Assembly (NCBI GenBank): GCA_965205015.1
Contig: OZ242029.1
Span: 64,001 to 128,000, forward strand
Source of the DNA: Candidatus Poribacteria bacterium
GTDB lineage: Bacteria; Poribacteria; WGA-4E; WGA-3G
Length of the DNA: 64,000 nucleotides
Direction: 5' to 3'
Under the pieces are notes generated by a model, which ran no database searches, had not been told where the DNA came from, and saw only the letters and a list, made by a program, of their open reading frames with translations. Position numbers and translations under genes: made by a program. Below, piece after piece: positions 27,470 through 38,615 of the stretch. Position 1 is the first letter of the stretch. Each line of letters opens with the position of its first letter.

Positions 27470-28207
27470 CTATTCAATCTCATAAGTCACGGTGACATTC
27501 ACGGTGACGGTGAGTTCACCGGCTTCAATAGGGGTTTTACTGCGCGCGGTATCAGCAGCGAAGTCTGCTTCTTCAGCATAGGCGATAGGTGGACTCGTAG
27601 CGTGCGAGGTCTCAGTGATCGTGATAGGTTTCCCGAGCGTAACACCGCTCGCTTCCGCCAAGGTTAAGGCTTTCGCCGCTGCGCTCTTTACCGCCAAACT
27701 ACGCGCCTGTGTCTGCAGCGGTGTGGTGTCCTCAATCATGAATTGGATAGAGTTCACAACGATAATATCCCCACCCGCTTCGGCAGCAGTATCAATGACC
27801 TCACTGAGATTCTCTAACTCTCGCACCTTTGCACTGACGGCGTTGTTCACACTATATCCACGAAGGACACGTCCATTATCCGTGTAGTCATACTGCGGAT
27901 AGATGCTAAACCTTTCCGTTTGAATGTCTTTTTCAACGACGCCACTGGCTTTCAGCGCGTCTATCACCGCCGTCATAGCGACGGCAGCTGCCTCACGGGC
28001 TGCCGCGACTGTTTTTTTCTCAACGGATACGCCTAAATTGAGGGTTGCTATATCCGGTTCACCGACGACTGAACCGCTTCCTGTCACGTGGATTTTCCCA
28101 CTCTCCTGCGACTGCAATAAAGGTCCTATAATTTGTGGTTCGCATCCGGTGAGCGTTATGGCGAGCAAGACACTAATCCCCAAAGACAGAAATTTTAATC
28201 TATGCAC
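27470..28207 (-). CDS. SIMPL domain (DUF541) lipoprotein
   Basis: Lipobox LTGC, VTGSGSVVGEPDIATLNLGV and DIQTERFSIYPQY. Confidence 0.9.
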   Translation of the reverse strand: MHRLKFLSLGISVLLAITLTGCEPQIIGPLLQSQESGKIHVTGSGSVVGEPDIATLNLGVSVEKKTVAAAREAAAVAMTAVIDALKASGVVEKDIQTERFSIYPQYDYTDNGRVLRGYSVNNAVSAKVRELENLSEVIDTAAEAGGDIIVVNSIQFMIEDTTPLQTQARSLAVKSAAAKALTLAEASGVTLGKPITITETSHATSPPIAYAEEADFAADTARSKTPIEAGELTVTVNVTVTYEIE

Positions 28208-28219
28208 GGCACATCTCCT

Positions 28220-29185
28220 TTATTCAGTTTCAACTTCCGGTGGTGTTTCCTCAGCCTTGAGCGTATCGGATTTCTTTATTAACTGATCTACATTCGACTT
28301 GAAGAGTCTGAAGATAGTATCCGTGTCGTCGCGTTTGACGTAAAGTTTACCCTCCTCCTCTTTCCCAACGTGCAGGGTTGCCGTTGTGCCATCGTTGAGT
28401 ACAGCAGAAATAGTGGATTGCGGTGCGTCTAAGTCGTATTCAGCAAGGTCATCCGTCGCTGCAGCGAAATCGTCTGTGTTCAATGCGCTGAACGCTGTCA
28501 GAAGCGTGTCAATCTCTGTTGTTTGAGCAGCAGCGGCTACAGGCTTAAGCATCTGCCATGCACCCGCTGCATCAAGACGCAGTTCGACCGTCTCCTCCGG
28601 CGAGATGATGTTCAGCTGTGTGACAATCCCTTTGTTAAAATTGAAGATAGTCCGATCTTTCCAAGTCCGAGTGCCTTTGTCAAAGACAGACTGGAGATAC
28701 CCTTGTGCTACATAGACCTCGTTGGAATCAGCAGGACGCACATAACTGCTCAGAAAGCCGGGGGTTGTTTTCCCCACAAACAGATGTGCTAACACTTCAC
28801 CGTTTGTATCCATCAATTTTGCTTCGACCCCAGTGCTATCCACTTCGAATTCAGACTGTTTCTCTGGGTTATTGGACACGCGCTGCGTATTCTTAAATTC
28901 GGTCACCTTGGACAGCAATTCCGCCACGCCTTCACTCTCCGCCGGATAGTTATCCATAGAAGCCACAACCCAACTGTCATTCTGTTTTGAAAGCGTTGTG
29001 GTTTCGCCGGTAGCGGTGATTTCTATTTTCGCGACCTGCTCCGCAGTGAAATTCGGAAACAAGGGCATTGCGGTTTCAACCTTCTTTTCATATTCGCTCT
29101 GCCCAAACGGGTTCTCGAAAATCAAAATAAGGAGTGCCAAAACGACAAAAATAGCACCTAAAATAAGGAGTTGTTTCGTTTTCAT
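28220..29185 (-). CDS. DUF4340 domain protein
   Basis: N-terminal TM plus two repeated domains; canonical position after GldG. Confidence 0.8.
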   Translation of the reverse strand: MKTKQLLILGAIFVVLALLILIFENPFGQSEYEKKVETAMPLFPNFTAEQVAKIEITATGETTTLSKQNDSWVVASMDNYPAESEGVAELLSKVTEFKNTQRVSNNPEKQSEFEVDSTGVEAKLMDTNGEVLAHLFVGKTTPGFLSSYVRPADSNEVYVAQGYLQSVFDKGTRTWKDRTIFNFNKGIVTQLNIISPEETVELRLDAAGAWQMLKPVAAAAQTTEIDTLLTAFSALNTDDFAAATDDLAEYDLDAPQSTISAVLNDGTTATLHVGKEEEGKLYVKRDDTDTIFRLFKSNVDQLIKKSDTLKAEETPPEVETE

Positions 29186-29280
29186 CTTTTAATTATTCCT
29201 TGCGGAGAAACGACCGGAATTAGGACTTTGACGTGCTATCCTCTGGAGTCGTCCTCCCATCACCGATTTTAAAACGTGAG

Positions 29281-30939
29281 TTATACGGAGCCGTAGGTCT
29301 CTACGAACCTTTTCGCTCGCCTTTTTAGGAAGTATCGAAGGAGCCCAAAAACAATAACTACCAGTGGAACCCCCACAATACAGAGGTACTTAATAAAATT
29401 TTTCTCAATTTCAGAAACCTCACGCAAGGGTCGATCCGTAATGGTATGCGACCGAATACCGATAAGCGCATCGCCAAGGGTCAGCCAATCGACGGTGTTT
29501 AAGAAAAAGTCGATGCCATCGCGACGGAGCTGTGTGAGAAATTGCGCCGTGCCGACCACAACAATTTGGGTCTGTCCACTCACAGTTTGGGTGATGCGTC
29601 CCTCTGTGTCCGACCCTGGAGCAGGCGTCTCGCTGTCCTCTGTTAAAGGAGGGGTTTCTAACCCGGATTCTGCTGCACCTTGGGGTGAGACCGGCGGAAT
29701 CTCTTTACCGGCATAGAAACTCTTGAAGGTGCCTTCCAAGGCGACAGCGACCGTATAAACTTGGGACTCAGCATTCGGCGGAATCGGAGCACTCGGCATT
29801 AGGTTGTAATAGCCTTGGATACTCCGTCCGGCTTCACTCGTCTTTGCCAATGGCGTCGCAGTGATCCCTTCTTTTGGCACTATCTCTAAAGAACTCGTCC
29901 ACGGTAATGTCAACACCTCCAACTGGTTGGTGATGCCGTGTTCCGTCGAGAAATTCGGTTTCACAATTTTAATAAAATAAGGGTACGGCTGAATAACCGT
30001 CATGAATCCTTGTTGGAAGCGCGCGGTGTCATGGAATCTGGCATCCAGCAAGAGATTGTTCCCAAGTTTCACACCGTAGTGTTCCAAGAGGTCATTCAGA
30101 CCGGTGCTCAACGGAGAACCTTGCAATGTACCGGGTTGCATTTGAATCGGATCGACCAAGAATACCGCTCTACCCCCACGCATGATAAACTGATCAATTT
30201 CATATTTATCGCGTTCCGTCAACGGTTGCTGGGCACCGGCAATAACCAATGTCGCAACGCTACCGTCAACGGCTTTCCCATCTTGCAGATTGACGGAGGT
30301 GAGATTATATTGCCCCCGCGCGTTTTTATCCAAAAGTTGATGAAACTGCTGATGGTTTTGATTATTGATATCGAATTCGCCGTGTCCGGTCAGAAACCCT
30401 ACCGTCTTCGCCTCTTTGGTGGTAACTTTGAGAATAGTAGAAGTGAGTTCGTACTCCAAATTAGCGGTTGATCGCACAACGGGTAAAATCTCTTCTTTAC
30501 CACTATAACCGATAGAGATCCCCATGTAGACGTTCGCGATTTCCGCTTTATCCTTTCTCACGACATTGATTTGGACTTCCGGGATCCCCTTGAAACGGAG
30601 TTCCTGTTTCTGTCCGTCGTCGAAATCCGCGGGATTCACAAAATCAATCTGGAGTCTCTTGGAAAATGCGTTGTATTCATCGAGTACGTCCCTGATATCG
30701 CGACGGATTTGTGCGACCTCCGCGGGATTCGTGGAAAAGTAGGCGGTGATCGTTACAATATCATCTAACGTGTCCAGCACATTCTTCGTTGCTTTCGAGA
30801 TCGTATAACGCTTATCTTCAGTGAGATCCGCGCGAATGAAGCGGCGCGTCGATAGGAAATTAATTAGCGCGAGGATGCCGAAGATGATTGCTACAAAAGC
30901 GAGGGTGTTGCCACCGTATTTGATTCGTTTATTAACCAA
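29281..30939 (-). CDS. GldG-family ABC transporter auxiliary component
   Basis: DLTEDKRYTIS, LEYELTSTI, GFLTGHGE, IDQFIMRGG and FLNTVDWL. Confidence 0.88.
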   Translation of the reverse strand: MVNKRIKYGGNTLAFVAIIFGILALINFLSTRRFIRADLTEDKRYTISKATKNVLDTLDDIVTITAYFSTNPAEVAQIRRDIRDVLDEYNAFSKRLQIDFVNPADFDDGQKQELRFKGIPEVQINVVRKDKAEIANVYMGISIGYSGKEEILPVVRSTANLEYELTSTILKVTTKEAKTVGFLTGHGEFDINNQNHQQFHQLLDKNARGQYNLTSVNLQDGKAVDGSVATLVIAGAQQPLTERDKYEIDQFIMRGGRAVFLVDPIQMQPGTLQGSPLSTGLNDLLEHYGVKLGNNLLLDARFHDTARFQQGFMTVIQPYPYFIKIVKPNFSTEHGITNQLEVLTLPWTSSLEIVPKEGITATPLAKTSEAGRSIQGYYNLMPSAPIPPNAESQVYTVAVALEGTFKSFYAGKEIPPVSPQGAAESGLETPPLTEDSETPAPGSDTEGRITQTVSGQTQIVVVGTAQFLTQLRRDGIDFFLNTVDWLTLGDALIGIRSHTITDRPLREVSEIEKNFIKYLCIVGVPLVVIVFGLLRYFLKRRAKRFVETYGSV

Positions 30940-30995
30940 AACAGCTTAACTCCTTTTCCATTGAATCACGGCACAACGGCGTGTGCCTACTACCT

Positions 30996-31712
30996 TTAAC
31001 GCCATTTGCGGCTCTCAACCGACAATGTGCTTAAATAGAGAAAAAAACCGATGAGCGACAGATAATAGATAATGTCTCGGGAATCCAGTACGCCTCGAAG
31101 AATACTGCTATAATGTGCACCGAGACCCAAATAACTGAAAATCGGGAACAACCAATTCGGGGCATTGAAAAGCACAATGTCCTCACCGATGATAAGCAGC
31201 ACGAAACACGCAGTGATCCCAAAAATAAACGCAATAATCTGATTTTCAGTCAACGTTGAGGTGAAAAGCCCAACGGCTATATATGCCCCGCCCATCAACA
31301 GAAGTCCGATGTAACCGCTGATGAGTGTCCCACCATCCGGACTTCCCAAGTACATGACCGACAGCGGCAGCACAAGTGAGAGTAGCACTGTGACAGTAAG
31401 AAGGGCAAAACTGGCTAAGAATTTTCCAATGACGACTTCGTAATCTCGAATCGGCAACGTCATTAGGATTTCTACCGTGCCGAGCTTCTTCTCTTCAGCC
31501 CAGAGCTTCATCGTAACAGCGGGGATAAAAAATAGGAAAATCCACGGCATCAACCCAAAAAAACCGCGCATTTCAGCTTGGTTAACCAGAAAAAAACCTC
31601 TGAAGAAGAGCCATGCGGAGATACCGAGGAAAAATGTGATGAAAATATACGCGATAGGTGAATTGAAATAACTTCTAAATTCCTTTTTAAGGATAGCTGT
31701 AATGTTCGTCAT
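30996..31712 (-). CDS. GldF-like ABC-2 permease
   Basis: KKEFRSYFNSPIAY, AEEKKLGTVEILMTLP and RGVLDSRDIIY. Confidence 0.9.
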   Translation of the reverse strand: MTNITAILKKEFRSYFNSPIAYIFITFFLGISAWLFFRGFFLVNQAEMRGFFGLMPWIFLFFIPAVTMKLWAEEKKLGTVEILMTLPIRDYEVVIGKFLASFALLTVTVLLSLVLPLSVMYLGSPDGGTLISGYIGLLLMGGAYIAVGLFTSTLTENQIIAFIFGITACFVLLIIGEDIVLFNAPNWLFPIFSYLGLGAHYSSILRGVLDSRDIIYYLSLIGFFLYLSTLSVESRKWR

Positions 31713-31809
31713 AATCTTTGATAAAGGCTATCGGAAGAGTGGTTATCAGTTACAAGAGAATTTTGTTAAACGAAAACCTCTTAACTGATGGCTGACAACT
31801 GACAACCAA

Positions 31810-32748
31810 TCATACCTGCTCCTTGTCTGTCAAATTAAGGAAGACATCCTCTAAGTCCACGGATTCTTGACGGAGTTCTGTCAGGCTCCACCCATTCCTC
31901 ACAACGACGTGAAAAAGCGTCTCCGCAGCATCACTCCCCTGAGCAGCATGGACCTGATAACCGACAACACCGTTGTCCGTGTCAACACAATTCCACTGTG
32001 AGACAAAATCTAATTCGTTGAGTTCTGCCTCAATTGCTTCTTGTGATCCCCGGATGGCGATGTGGACAATTTCTTCGCCCTTCGCCTGACTCGCAAGTTC
32101 GTCGGGTGTCCCGTTTGCAACAATCTTCCCGTTGTTGATAATTAGGATTCGGCTGCAGGTAGCAGAAACCTCAGGCAAAATATGCGTGCTGAAGAGCACC
32201 AATTTCTCCTGTCCGATATTTTTGATTAAGTTACGGATCTCAATGATTTGGCTCGGGTCTAACCCAGAGGTGGGTTCATCTAAAATCAGGATGGGTGGAT
32301 CATGGATGAGGCTTTGTGCCAAACCGACACGCTGACGATAGCCTTTTGAGAGTTCGCCGATGTCCTTTTGGATAACGTCCTCAAGCCCACAGATGTCGAT
32401 AACCGCTCGAATCCGCTCTTTCCGCTGATTCTTTGGGAGGTTCCGCACTTGCGTCATAAAGTTGAGGTATTCAATGACCCCCATGTCGGCATAAAGGGGC
32501 GCGCTTTCAGGGAGATAGCCAATCCGTTTCCGAACTTCAACGGATTCCTCGAATACATCATACCCCGCAACGGAGGCACTTCCTGCATCCGCAGACAGAT
32601 AGCAGGTGAGAATACGCATCGTGGTCGTCTTTCCTGCCCCGTTCGGACCGAGGAAACCTAACACCTCGCCAGCATGCGCGTCAAATGAAACATGGTCGAC
32701 AGCAACCGTCGTACCGTACGATTTTGTAAGTTCTCTAACTTCGATCAT
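31810..32748 (-). CDS. GldA-like ABC transporter ATP-binding protein
   Basis: GPNGAGKTT, LSKGYRQRVG and LDEPTSGLD. Confidence 0.93.
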   Translation of the reverse strand: MIEVRELTKSYGTTVAVDHVSFDAHAGEVLGFLGPNGAGKTTTMRILTCYLSADAGSASVAGYDVFEESVEVRKRIGYLPESAPLYADMGVIEYLNFMTQVRNLPKNQRKERIRAVIDICGLEDVIQKDIGELSKGYRQRVGLAQSLIHDPPILILDEPTSGLDPSQIIEIRNLIKNIGQEKLVLFSTHILPEVSATCSRILIINNGKIVANGTPDELASQAKGEEIVHIAIRGSQEAIEAELNELDFVSQWNCVDTDNGVVGYQVHAAQGSDAAETLFHVVVRNGWSLTELRQESVDLEDVFLNLTDKEQV

Positions 32749-32899
32749 ATTATTAATAACGTAGCAAACAATCGGCGAGAAAAGATGTCACCGATATGTC
32801 TGAAAAATAGGATATATTATTTAAAATAATAGCATACAATTCACCGAATGTCAAGAAAAAGTTGATCCTAAATCCGAGTTTATTCAGGCAGCGGAAAAC

Positions 32900-34831
32900 T
32901 TAAATCCAACTATACACCGCCGATCTCAACACAAGACTTAACAGGGGCCAAAAACACCCCATCAACGCTTCACCCAGCACCAACCCGATAAAGAACGGTA
33001 TCGCTTTTCGATAGGCGTTGATACCCCCGTGCCGCAAGATCACCCACTTTGCGACCATCGCCAGAAACAGCGGAAACCAGATGACATCGGTTGTTCCCGG
33101 CGCAACGCCGATCACATATCCCGCCGGATGCAACGGACACCACACAAAACGGGAACGCAGAAAGATGATACCCAAATTCGCAGCGAAGGCGAATCCGAGC
33201 ACAGAAGTCGCCAGCCAATCCGTCGGCTTCGGACTCACTAACCACGAAGAAAGAAAGTTGTAGGTATCGGCACCACCGGCATGAATCTGCTCCGAACCCG
33301 CCGCTACCCCCTCACTGTAAATCGCATACGGATAGAGAATCAGACTTGACAGGATGCCAACAAGACTCGCAACGACTAACACGCCGAACATCGTTCGGTT
33401 TCGGATACCCGTCCGCTCTGCGAGTTTAAACGCCTCCAATTGATCCGGCATCGGATGTGTCCGAAAGGAGGCATAACTCGCACCACTTAACCAATTCATC
33501 AACGAGAGCATCGTCAGATTGCCCGCCCGTAGGCGGCGCGTGCCAAGCAGTGAAATTATCATATATTGTGGTGTGAGATACCCAATCGCATGGATCGGCG
33601 GACCTAATTCCGCACGCATCCGGGTTAAACCCACCACAATCATGAGATAGACGGCGATGAAAATCGCAAACGCCCATAGCGTCATCCCGCTACGGACACA
33701 AAAAACCGCTAATAAAAGCAGACATATACCTAACGTAATGACGGCAGCACGATGTGAGATCGCCTCTGTTCGTGAGGCGGCGCGATCGGGTCGGATGACC
33801 TGGGACCACACATCTGAAAAATGTTTCCGCGCATGCCAACAGGCAATCGCAAGCAGTGCGAGTAATGCCCCCGCCCCTTGTTCTCCCAGAAACGGATAGC
33901 CGGGCAATCCTGAAACACCCACAGCACTGCCAAAGAGCAACTGTACTTTCTTCAGCACATAGAAAAAGGTACATGAAAACGCCAAATCCAAAGGTAAAAT
34001 AAAGGAGAAGCCAATGATGTAGGGATGAAATCTCAGCGGCGTACTGCCCATTGCAATCCACGGTTTCTGTGTAAAGTAAATATTGAGGTTGTATTTCCGC
34101 ACAGGAACCTCTGGGAGAATTGGGTAGAAGAACTGCAGCCCATTGAGTAGGTTGATCCCCATGGCTATTGCGAATCCGAGCCAGAGCAAGCGATTTGTGA
34201 AGATACGTCGGTTGGTCGTAATCTCAAGCGGAATCTGAATAATCGGATATGCGAGTTTCTCATTTTCTATCCACTGCTTGCGAATCAGGGAGGTCACACA
34301 CAAAAAGATTAGCATCAACAGGAAAATAACCACCGACCAAGCGAGAATCGGCACGATCCAATGCTGAACGTAACCTTCTGTAAAAAAGTTGACCTCACCC
34401 TCATAGAAATCGTTGACGGCCTTCGGGTCCTTCACCACAAGCCATTCGGGAAGATAATGAAAGAGGAGTGCCTCCCAATCATTTTCGGGGGTAGCGAAGC
34501 GAAAAGCGTACGGGATGAGTCCCATTAACCGTGGAATACAATCGTGTCCTGAAAAAGCACTGCCCACAGCGAGCATACTAAAAATGACAAGTAGATCCCG
34601 CGGCTGTAGCGCGGCGCGTGGGAAGATACGCCGCACGATCATGTTCAGAAACGTCATCGCTATAATGCCGAACATGACATTGACTGACATCGCGACCGTT
34701 GTCAGATGCGCAGTATGCCAAATCATTTCGACATAGGCTATCCAGTAACTATTCGCGATAATCAAAACAGCACCAATCAGCACTGCCCGTTTCGCGATCG
34801 TCTGCGAGGCATACGAGTCTGTAGTGTGCAT
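32900..34831 (-). CDS. DUF6785/DUF6784-type multi-pass membrane protein (possible transporter)
   Basis: Many TMs; RKQWIENEKLAYPIIQIP, WCPLHPAGY and PFFIGLVLGE. Confidence 0.7.
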   Translation of the reverse strand: MHTTDSYASQTIAKRAVLIGAVLIIANSYWIAYVEMIWHTAHLTTVAMSVNVMFGIIAMTFLNMIVRRIFPRAALQPRDLLVIFSMLAVGSAFSGHDCIPRLMGLIPYAFRFATPENDWEALLFHYLPEWLVVKDPKAVNDFYEGEVNFFTEGYVQHWIVPILAWSVVIFLLMLIFLCVTSLIRKQWIENEKLAYPIIQIPLEITTNRRIFTNRLLWLGFAIAMGINLLNGLQFFYPILPEVPVRKYNLNIYFTQKPWIAMGSTPLRFHPYIIGFSFILPLDLAFSCTFFYVLKKVQLLFGSAVGVSGLPGYPFLGEQGAGALLALLAIACWHARKHFSDVWSQVIRPDRAASRTEAISHRAAVITLGICLLLLAVFCVRSGMTLWAFAIFIAVYLMIVVGLTRMRAELGPPIHAIGYLTPQYMIISLLGTRRLRAGNLTMLSLMNWLSGASYASFRTHPMPDQLEAFKLAERTGIRNRTMFGVLVVASLVGILSSLILYPYAIYSEGVAAGSEQIHAGGADTYNFLSSWLVSPKPTDWLATSVLGFAFAANLGIIFLRSRFVWCPLHPAGYVIGVAPGTTDVIWFPLFLAMVAKWVILRHGGINAYRKAIPFFIGLVLGEALMGCFWPLLSLVLRSAVYSWI

Positions 34832-35182
34832 ATTCTCAGGAGAAAAATGGCAGCGATTTCATCTTCGCCTCGCCTCGATCTCGCGACCGCGACACCTCGA
34901 AACTCAATCGCTCTAATATATCTTGGTTAGGAGAACTTGAGTTGTAGAGTGGACAGGGCATTGTAGCGTGCATCGGCTCTATCGAAAAACGCAAAGCGCG
35001 AGCCCATGTTTAATCAAAATTTTCCTTTGTTATATCCATTAAATATGTTATACTGAATATAGGAGTTTGTCAAGGTTTTTCTTTTAAATCAAATAAGGAA
35101 TCACAGCCACAGCACCCCTAAAGAAAACTATTGATTTTTACGTACGTTTTTTCATACCATAACTTAGGAAGGAGAGCTTCGT

Positions 35183-36295
35183 ATGGAATTAACTTTTGAA
35201 AGGGATGATCTCTTGGACACCTTACAGGTCCTGCAAGGAGTCGCAAGTGGACGCACTACCCTACCAATTCTCTCAAATGTCCTCATCAATGCTACCGGAG
35301 GCACCATTGAGTGCCTGGCAACGGATCTGGAAGTCGGCATTAGAATGACGGTTGAAGGTACAATCACTGAGGAGGGGGCAATCACCGTCTCCGCTAAGAA
35401 GTTAGGAGATATCGTCAAGGAGTTACCCGCAGACAAATCGATACACTTAGCAACGACAGCAAACGACCGTGTTGAGATCACCTGTGGTGAGGGTGTTTAC
35501 AAAATCATCGGACTGCCCGATGAAGAATTCCCACAACTCCCCTCGGTTGAAGGGGAAGCCTTGAAGGTTGGGGGAGAGACGCTGCGCGATGTCCTTCAGA
35601 AAACGGAGTTTGCCGCGTCTACAGAAGAGGTGCGTTACTTCCTAAATGGGCTCTATTTCAATTTTCTTGAGCATGGGACGGAGATAGTTGCCACGGATGG
35701 TAAACGTCTGGCACTGGCACGCTGCGAACCCCTTACCGCACCGGGAGAAGTCAACGGGTTCATCGTGCCGTTGAAAGCCGTCCGCGAGATCGCGCGAACC
35801 TTCGCTGATGCGGGTGAGGTCAGCGTTTCAGTTTTTGAAAACCAAATCCTCTTTACCGATGGGAACGCCACCTTAACGACGCGACTTGTAGAGGGGGATT
35901 ATCCGAACTATGAGAAAATTATTCCCGAATCGAGCGAAGGCAAAACAGTTGTTTCAAAAGAAGGAATTTTAAGTGCGACGCGGCGGGTCGCGCTGCTGTC
36001 GAATCCGAAGAACTATTCAATCTGCTTAGAAATCGATTCAGAACAGGTCCAAGTCTCCGCGAAGACCCCGGAATTAGGGGAAGCACACGAGACGCTGCCT
36101 GTGGAGTCCAGTACTGGAAGTGTTAGGATCGGGTTCGACGCTCGGTTATTGATAGAAGCATTGTCACATATCGAAACGACGTCCTTATCAATGGAATTTT
36201 CAGGCGAGTTGAACCCCTTTCTCATTAAACCCGTAGGTGACGATAATTACGTCTCCCTGATAATGCCGATGCGCTTAGACCCCGCTTCAGCATAA
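35183..36295 (+). CDS. dnaN: DNA polymerase III beta sliding clamp
   Basis: TTLPILSNVL, ATDLEV, ATDGKRLA, EGDYPNY and LIMPMR. Confidence 0.96.
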   Translation: MELTFERDDLLDTLQVLQGVASGRTTLPILSNVLINATGGTIECLATDLEVGIRMTVEGTITEEGAITVSAKKLGDIVKELPADKSIHLATTANDRVEITCGEGVYKIIGLPDEEFPQLPSVEGEALKVGGETLRDVLQKTEFAASTEEVRYFLNGLYFNFLEHGTEIVATDGKRLALARCEPLTAPGEVNGFIVPLKAVREIARTFADAGEVSVSVFENQILFTDGNATLTTRLVEGDYPNYEKIIPESSEGKTVVSKEGILSATRRVALLSNPKNYSICLEIDSEQVQVSAKTPELGEAHETLPVESSTGSVRIGFDARLLIEALSHIETTSLSMEFSGELNPFLIKPVGDDNYVSLIMPMRLDPASA

Positions 36296-36383
36296 GAAGT
36301 TTTTGAGTTGCGTTCCTACCTCTGTGCTTCGCTGGTGCGGTTCCAGACCACACCAGCGAAGTATCATTACAATGAACTCACCT

Positions 36384-37301
36384 TTAGCTGATTTCAGCAC
36401 CAGACATCTGCTCCAATGCCAGCATCAGAGCCTGTGTGCCCAACCTACCATGCCCCTGTGCCTGCACCGCCGTGTACAGCTGATGCACCAACGCGAGTCC
36501 AGGCAGACTCAGATTCATCTTACGCGCCTCGTCCAAGGCGATGCTCATATCTTTAATAAAATGCTCCACAAAGAACCCAGGATCGAAGTTGCGTTGGAGC
36601 ACTCGCGGCGCCAAATTGTCCAGAGACCAGCAAGCCGCCGCACCGCCACTAATCGAGGACAGCATCGTTTCTAAATCCAATCCAGCCTTGTAGCCGTAGA
36701 TTAACCCTTCACAGACCCCGATCATCGTCCCCGAAATCGTGATCTGATTGCACATTTTGGTGTGTTGTCCAGCCCCCGCGCCCCCTTGATGGACGATGTT
36801 TTTTCCCATCGCCTCGAAGAGGGGCATAACGGCTTGGACAGCCGCCTCGTCACCGCCAACCATGATAGAGAGACGCGCTTCTCGGGCACCAACATCCCCC
36901 CCTGAAACAGGAGCGTCGATGGATGAGACATCCTGTGCCTGCGCTGCGGCGTAGATCTCTTGCGCGAGAGACGGTTCCGTCGTTGTCATATCAACGATGA
37001 GGCTTCCGGATTTCGCTCCCTTCAAAATACCATCGTCACCGAGGTAAACTTCGCGGACATCGGGTGGAAATCCGACAATCGTGAAGATAACATCAGAGGC
37101 GGCTGCAACTTCGCTCGGTGAATCTGCCCACGCCGCCCCCGCTTCGAGTAATGGGTCAGCCTTTGATTTCGTCCGGTTATAGACGGTCATCCCATATCCG
37201 AGGTCCATCAGATGTTGACACATCCATCGTCCCATTACGCCGGTACCAATCCAACCTAACTTCGTTGTTGTAGGTTCAATTTTCAATGTGGTAGTTTCCA
37301 T
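36384..37301 (-). CDS. 3-hydroxyisobutyrate/tartronate semialdehyde reductase family oxidoreductase
   Basis: [20 protein letters not shown] and GQHTKMCNQ. Confidence 0.9.
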   Translation of the reverse strand: METTTLKIEPTTTKLGWIGTGVMGRWMCQHLMDLGYGMTVYNRTKSKADPLLEAGAAWADSPSEVAAASDVIFTIVGFPPDVREVYLGDDGILKGAKSGSLIVDMTTTEPSLAQEIYAAAQAQDVSSIDAPVSGGDVGAREARLSIMVGGDEAAVQAVMPLFEAMGKNIVHQGGAGAGQHTKMCNQITISGTMIGVCEGLIYGYKAGLDLETMLSSISGGAAACWSLDNLAPRVLQRNFDPGFFVEHFIKDMSIALDEARKMNLSLPGLALVHQLYTAVQAQGHGRLGTQALMLALEQMSGAEIS

Positions 37302-37459
37302 AATTCTCCTTCTTTTTAAAGGTTGTCAGGCTTCAGTTGTCAGTTAAGAGGCTTTTTGTAACAATCGCCTATCCTCGGAATATTCCGAACTGGCGTGTGA
37401 AAGCCCAAAAAAATCTTTTTAACCGATAACTCTTAAAACTGAAGACCGATAACTGATAA

Positions 37460-38479
37460 CTATTTCAAATCCTTTGCTAATTGCGAACTAATGACAATAC
37501 CGCCCACGGCAACAGCACAATAAATGGCGAAGAACCGCGTCAACAACACATAGAGAGGTATCAATTCTTTGAGAATCAAATTTTCCATCAATCCAACGGT
37601 TACAACCTCTGCGACTCCACTTGCACCAGGGCTGGGTGCAAAGAGCACAACGAAATTGAGCAGCAACCCAACAACGCTGAGTTCCCATAGGGTCGCCTCC
37701 CCGTTGAGCGCCTTCACGATGATGTAACTGCCAACGATCCGTGCACCGAAGAAACCACAAGTTAAGAGGGCACTGAATGCGCATGTCCATTTATGGTGAC
37801 GCAAGAACATTACCGCAAACGATTTATGTTCAGTAACGAGTTCTTCCACCTTTGAAGTAGCACGCTCAAGAATAGGGGTGAGACGCGTGAACCGTCGCTG
37901 CGCAAAACCGCAGCACCAATGAAAAAAACGAAAAACAAAATCTGGCTTGAAAAGCAGTAACAGAAATCCTGAGAATGCCAAGCCAAACATCAAACAACTG
38001 AATAGGCTCACCCACGTAGCCCCTTTCGGTAAAAACGGGGGATTTAACCATACAATACCAACTGCGAAGAACATGAGCGTGGTTATAGTGGAGAGGAAAC
38101 AGATGATACCTGATGTTATTGATGCCGACAACGGCACGCCGACTCGCGCGTAAATATAGAGATACCCCACCCCGCCTGTTTGGAACGGTGTAATACAGGA
38201 AACACAGAGGGTCGCTAAGTTTGCACGCAGACTGTCCCAGAACCTGATGTCTGGTTTGACTTTTTGAATAAAAATATGGAAGCGGAGTGCCCCGAACACC
38301 CAATCCACGAACATACACAGACACGCGCCCAGTAGCATCTCAGCCTGCATCTCGCGAAAAACTTGCTTTATATCTTGAGTACCACCCCACAAAAAACTTA
38401 GGAATAACCCAGCGAATGTGCACAGCAGAAAGAAAAGCGTGCCGCGCGTCACATTTTCGCGGGTCAAGAATTCCTGCAT
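37460..38479 (-). CDS. Lysylphosphatidylglycerol synthase TM-domain (flippase-like) protein
   Basis: ITPFQTGG, PSPGASGVAE and LLTRFF; multi-TM. Confidence 0.82.
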   Translation of the reverse strand: MQEFLTRENVTRGTLFFLLCTFAGLFLSFLWGGTQDIKQVFREMQAEMLLGACLCMFVDWVFGALRFHIFIQKVKPDIRFWDSLRANLATLCVSCITPFQTGGVGYLYIYARVGVPLSASITSGIICFLSTITTLMFFAVGIVWLNPPFLPKGATWVSLFSCLMFGLAFSGFLLLLFKPDFVFRFFHWCCGFAQRRFTRLTPILERATSKVEELVTEHKSFAVMFLRHHKWTCAFSALLTCGFFGARIVGSYIIVKALNGEATLWELSVVGLLLNFVVLFAPSPGASGVAEVVTVGLMENLILKELIPLYVLLTRFFAIYCAVAVGGIVISSQLAKDLK

Positions 38480-38615
38480 TACCAGCGAAATCTCCTTTTT
38501 ACTGGCTGTCGGCTATCAGATCGAATTTTTCTACGAAAAATCCTTTCGGCTGTCAGGCACAAGAGGCAATCCTTGTGAAACGAGAACCTCTTAACCGGCA
38601 ACTGATAACAAACAA

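Noticed and set aside
34832-35182. Replication origin or riboswitch upstream of dnaN
   Set aside because: No DnaA-box cluster and no recognisable aptamer; short ORFs there are unconvincing.
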